DNA of 64,000 nucleotides. Origin: an uncultured delta proteobacterium. Lineage in GTDB: Bacteria; Myxococcota; Myxococcia; Myxococcales; Anaeromyxobacteraceae. A program made the translations under genes and the position numbers. Below are positions 59,898 through 64,000 of the stretch, piece after piece. Below the pieces are notes generated by a model that saw nothing but the letters and a program-made list of their open reading frames with translations, had not been told where the DNA came from and searched no databases. The first letter of the stretch is position 1; each line of letters starts with the position of its first letter. The stretch spans positions 32,001 through 96,000 of the forward strand of contig CAVYBH010000008.1 of the NCBI GenBank assembly GCA_963766715.1, given 5' to 3'.

Positions 59898-61476
59898 TCA
59901 GGACGCCGGGGGCCGGGCGGCGAGCTGCGCCCGGAGGAGCTTGCCCGACTCGTTCCGGGGCAGGGATTCCACCGGGGTGAAGCGGACCGGGACCTTGTAG
60001 GCGGGCAGCGCCTCCCGGCAGAAGCGCCGGAGCTCGCGCCTCGTCGACGGCGCATCCGTCCCGGGGGACGACGAAGGCGGCCGCCACCTCGCCCATCAGG
60101 GCGTCGGGGACCCCCACCACCGCTGCGTCGGCCAGGTCCGGGTGCCGGGCCAGGACGTGCTCGATCTCCACCGGGCTCACCCGGTGTCCGCCGATCTTGA
60201 GGATCTCCTTCGACCGCCCCTGGAGGAAGAAGAATCCGTCGCGATCGCGGTGGGCGAGATCACCGGTCCAGAGCCACCCGTCGTGGAGGATGGCGGCGGT
60301 CTCCTCCGCCTCGTCGAGGTAGCCCGGCGTCACGTTGGCGCCGCGCGCCACCAGGTGTCCCGTCTCCCCGGCCGGAAGCGCCCTGCCCGTCTCGTCGGCC
60401 ACCTGCAGCTCGACGCCGGGGATGGGGACGCCGATGGAGCCGGCCTTCTCCGCGGAGCGGGACGGCGGCAGGTAGGACAGGCGCGCGGTGGCCTCGGTCT
60501 GGCCGTACATCACGAAGAGGTGGGCCGGCTGGAAGGCCTGGCGCACCCAGGCGATGGTGTCCGGGGACATCGCGCCCCCGGCCTGGGTGAGATACCGGAG
60601 GCGAGGGAAGGACAGCGACGCGACGTCGACCTGGCGCCGGATGATCTCGAAGGTGAGCGGGACCCCGGCGAACCCCGTGCAGCCCTCCGACCCGAGGTTC
60701 TCGAGCACCACCCGGGGGAAGGCGAAGCGGGAGTCCAGGAAGACCGAGCCGCCCGCGAGCAGGTGGGTCTGGAGCACGCTCCGGCCGTAGCAGTAGTAGA
60801 GGGGGAGGACGACCAGCGCCCGGTCGTCCGGGCCGAGCCCCAGGTACTCGACGATGGAGCGGGAGTTGGCGTCGACGTTGCGAAAGGTCTGGATCACGCC
60901 GCGGGGGCGCCCGGTGCTCCCCGAGGTGTAGAGGATGAGGGCCGGCGAGGCGGGATCCAGCGACGGGAACCTCGGCGGCGCGGCCGCCGGGAGCGCGGGA
61001 TCGACCCGGCCGTCGTCGAGCACCCAGGACACCTGCGTCCCGGAGAGCTCCGCCCGGAGCGGCTCGGGGAGCGCGGCCGGGTGCACCACCCAGAGCCGAT
61101 CGAGCGGGCTCCGCTCGATCACCCTCCCCCAGATCCGGGCGTCGCGTCCCCAGACCACCGCCGTCCGGACGCCGGTCCTCGCCACGATGTCGCCCAGGAT
61201 CTCCGCGCCCCACTCCCGGTTCACCTCGACGGCGGTGCCACCGAGGGCCTGCACGGCGAGGGCCGCCACGACGGTCGCAGGGACGTTGGGCAGCGCCAGC
61301 AGGACCCGATCGCCCGGCCGCAGGCCGCCGGCGGCCAGATGGGCGGCGAGGGCGCGCACGCGCCCGGCCAGCTCCCCGTAGGAGAGACGCGTCGTGGGCG
61401 TCGCCACCGCCGGCGCCTGCGGGCGCCGCTCGGCGTGCTCGAACAGCCAGTCGTGGAGGAACGGGGAGTTCACCAT
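59898..61476 (-). CDS. Class I adenylate-forming enzyme (acyl-AMP/CoA ligase; frameshift near 60035)
   Basis: ILYTSGSTGRPRGV, YGQTEATARLSYLPP, WTGDLA, GRSKEILK, LPRNESGK. Confidence 0.88.
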
Positions 61477-61498
61477 GGGTCCGTGCACGCGGGGGAGC

Positions 61499-62341
61499 CT
61501 AGGGCGACGACGGCGCAGGGCCGGAAGGGACGCGGGCGAGGACGCCGACGAGCTCCCGCGCCGCCCGGAGCCGGCCCGCCTGGTTCAGGTGGCCCCCGTC
61601 CTCGCTGTAGGCCTCGGCGAGCACCGGGATGGACCTTCCGCTCCACTCGACGACCGTGCGCGCGCCGTCGGGACCGGTCGACTCGACCGCCGCCAGGTCG
61701 AACAGGGGTTCGCGCCCCTGGTACGCCTGGCGCATGAGGGCGTTGAACTCCTCGCGCCGCGCGTTCTCCGCCACGCCCCCGGGCGCCTTCCCGAGGAGGC
61801 GCTTCACGAGGGCCTTCGGCCCCCCCTGCGTGGTGGTGAGGGGAACCGTCACGTGGACGAACGTGGTGCCCGGATGGCGTCGCGCCAGGTCGGCCACCGT
61901 GGACTGGTAGCGGGCGAACAGCCGGGGCGCGTCGGTGTCGGATCGGAAGTCGACGTAGCAGAACTTCACGAGCGCGACGTCCACGGCCGAGGCCGGCCCG
62001 GAACCGAGGACCCGGGCGAAGCTCTCGAGCTTCTTCTCCGGGTTGCCGTTCTCCTCCACGGGTCCGTGCCCGAAGGAGCCGGCGGGGACGGCGAGCGGGC
62101 CTGCCTCGACCTCGACCCACCGGATCGGCACACCCGCCTGGGCCGAGAGCTGCTTCAGGCCGTCGACCAGGTTCCAGCCCACCGACTGGTGACCGAAGTA
62201 GATCCGGTGGCGCCCCATCGACTCCAGGTCGGCGCGCAGCTTCGGGTCGCCGGCGTCGGCGCGCGCGCCGCCCGCCGCGGTGACCGCGAGTCCGGCCACG
62301 AGCCCGAGCATCGCCCCGCCGATGAGTTCCGTCCCCACCAT
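61499..62341 (-). CDS. Exported SGNH-like hydrolase/acyltransferase
   Basis: Signal peptide; FGHQSVGWNL, DVALVKFCYVDF, NARREEFN, DGGHLN. Confidence 0.65.
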   Translation of the reverse strand: MVGTELIGGAMLGLVAGLAVTAAGGARADAGDPKLRADLESMGRHRIYFGHQSVGWNLVDGLKQLSAQAGVPIRWVEVEAGPLAVPAGSFGHGPVEENGNPEKKLESFARVLGSGPASAVDVALVKFCYVDFRSDTDAPRLFARYQSTVADLARRHPGTTFVHVTVPLTTTQGGPKALVKRLLGKAPGGVAENARREEFNALMRQAYQGREPLFDLAAVESTGPDGARTVVEWSGRSIPVLAEAYSEDGGHLNQAGRLRAARELVGVLARVPSGPAPSSP

Positions 62342-62384
62342 CCCGAACCCTCCTGTGGTGCCGCGACCCAGCCTACCTATATAA

Positions 62385-63383
62385 ATGGACATTCGTGCCG
62401 GAGCCCCATTGACCCGCCTCGCCGTCGTCATCGTCAACTACCGCACGGCGGACCTGGCTTGCCAGTCCCTCGCCAGCCTGGCGCCCGAGCTGGCGAGCCG
62501 GCCCGGGAGCGTCGTGCGCGTCGTGGACAACGACTCCGGCGACGGCTCCCTGGAGCGGATGGCCCGCTTCGTCGAGGAGCGGGGCTTCGGGGCCTGGGCC
62601 CAGGTCGTTCCGGCCGGCCGGAACGGCGGCTTCTCGGCGGGGAACAACGTGGCCCTGCGCGCGCTCCTCGCCGAGGGGCGGCACGACGCCTTCCTGCTGC
62701 TCAACCCCGACGCCTGGGTGCTTCCGGGGGCCATCGACGCGCTCGTCGCCCGGATGGAGAGCGATCCGGGGATCGGCATCGTCGGAAGCCGGCTGGAGAA
62801 CCCGGACGGCTCGCTCCAGAGGGCCGCGTTCCGGTTCCCGTCGCCGGGCAGCGAGCTGGAGCGGGCCATCTCTCTCGGCCCGATCACGCGCCTGATGGGC
62901 AACTGGGCGATCTCCTTTCCTCCGGCGGACGAGCCGCACCGCTGCGACTGGGTGGCGGGCGCGAGCCTCCTCGTGCGACGGGAGGTCCTCGAGAAGGTGG
63001 GCCTGCTCGACGAGGGGTACTTCCTCTACTTCGAGGAGGTGGATCTCTGCCTGCGCGCCGCCCGCGCCGGCTTCTCCTGCTGGCACGAGCCCCGCAGCCG
63101 GGTGGTCCACCTCGAGGGGCAGGCGACGGGGGTGACCGATCCCCGCAACGCCCGGCGCCGGCTGCCCACCTACTGGTTCGACTCCCGCCGGCGGTTCTTC
63201 CTCAAGAACTTCGGCCGCGCGCGGACCGCGGCGGCGGACGCGTCCTGGCTGGCGGGGTGCGTGGTCGGCGCTCCGGGCCGCGCGCTCCGGAAGGCCGTGC
63301 GGGGAAAGGTCGAGGAGACGCCGAGGCGGATGCTCGTCGACTTCACCCGGCACAGCGTCTTCGTCCGGGGCTTCGGCTGGTGA
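62385..63383 (+). CDS. GT2 glycosyltransferase (WbbL-like)
   Basis: VVIVNYRT, VDNDSGD, NGGFSAGNN, LLLNPD, WVAGASLL, DEGYFLYFEEVDLC. Confidence 0.9.
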   Translation: MDIRAGAPLTRLAVVIVNYRTADLACQSLASLAPELASRPGSVVRVVDNDSGDGSLERMARFVEERGFGAWAQVVPAGRNGGFSAGNNVALRALLAEGRHDAFLLLNPDAWVLPGAIDALVARMESDPGIGIVGSRLENPDGSLQRAAFRFPSPGSELERAISLGPITRLMGNWAISFPPADEPHRCDWVAGASLLVRREVLEKVGLLDEGYFLYFEEVDLCLRAARAGFSCWHEPRSRVVHLEGQATGVTDPRNARRRLPTYWFDSRRRFFLKNFGRARTAAADASWLAGCVVGAPGRALRKAVRGKVEETPRRMLVDFTRHSVFVRGFGW

Positions 63384-64000
63384 GCGCATCCGGGCAGAAG
63401 CGCCGGGTGGGCGTCGTGGCCATCGGACGCAACGAGGGAGATCGGCTCCGGCGCTGCCTGGAGTCGGTGGTCCCGCTGGCCGACCGGGTGGTCTACGTCG
63501 ATTCCGCCTCGTCCGACGGAAGCCCCGCGCTCGCCCGATCGCTGGGCGCGACCGTGGTCGACCTGGACATGTCGAAGCCCTTCACCGCCGCGCGCGCGCG
63601 CAACGAGGGGTTCGAGCGGTTGCTCGAGCTCGAGCCCGGCCTCGAGCTCGTCCAGTTCGTGGACGGGGACTGCGAGGTCGTGGCGGGGTGGATGGCCGTC
63701 GCCGTGTCCGCCCTCGACGCGGACCCGGGCGTGGCCGTGGTGTGCGGCCGCCGGCGGGAACGACACCCGGAGAGGAGCATCTACAACCGGCTCTGCGACT
63801 TCGAGTGGGACACGCCCGTGGGCGAGACGCTCTCCTGCGGAGGGGACGCGATGATGCGCGTGCCGCCCTTCGTGGAGGTGGGCGGGTACGACGCCGGCCT
63901 CATCGCCGGGGAGGAGCCCGACCTCTGCCTCCGGCTGCGCCAGCGCGGCCATCGGATCCTCCGGGTCGGGGCGGAGATGACCGTCCACGATGCGGCCATG
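63380..64000 (+). CDS. GT2 glycosyltransferase (runs off window end)
   Basis: GTGA overlap; manual translation VGVVAIGRNEGDRL...YVDSASSDGS...FTAARARNEG...QFVDGDC...GEEPDLC. Confidence 0.85.
   Translation, partial: MSASGQKRRVGVVAIGRNEGDRLRRCLESVVPLADRVVYVDSASSDGSPALARSLGATVVDLDMSKPFTAARARNEGFERLLELEPGLELVQFVDGDCEVVAGWMAVAVSALDADPGVAVVCGRRRERHPERSIYNRLCDFEWDTPVGETLSCGGDAMMRVPPFVEVGGYDAGLIAGEEPDLCLRLRQRGHRILRVGAEMTVHDAAM

Overview
Very GC-rich bacterial DNA; gene content and style suggest an Anaeromyxobacter-like Myxococcota genome (inference). Many genes are split by 1-nt indels, most likely long-read consensus errors, so I rebuilt CDS limits by hand across frames. Left to right: the 5' part of a RapA/HepA SNF2 helicase; tRNA-Val(TAC) and tRNA-Asp(GTC) followed by a collapsed tyrosine-integrase relic; an accessory block bracketed by two inverted DUF2252 paralogs (AraC regulator, DUF2092, arylsulfatase, several outer-membrane barrel proteins including Cys-rich-repeat and PLC/P1-nuclease-like fusions, a LEA/CsbD stress cluster, an AAE transporter); SulP, cupin, AraC and a partial liu leucine-catabolism operon; a ferritin-like protein and ferredoxin-NADP reductase. 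From about 30 kb on is the most striking region: Sfp PPTase, a stand-alone adenylating enzyme and an NRPS (T-C-A-T-C-A-T-TE) with two near-identical Gly-type A-T units and a Cys-type thioesterase. This abuts a giant Ig-repeat lipoprotein and a Wzx/Wzy exopolysaccharide locus with paired SGNH-like proteins, paired GH-A-like proteins and a second adenylating enzyme. The leading hypothesis is an NRPS-driven acyl-diglycyl decoration system for a surface polysaccharide.
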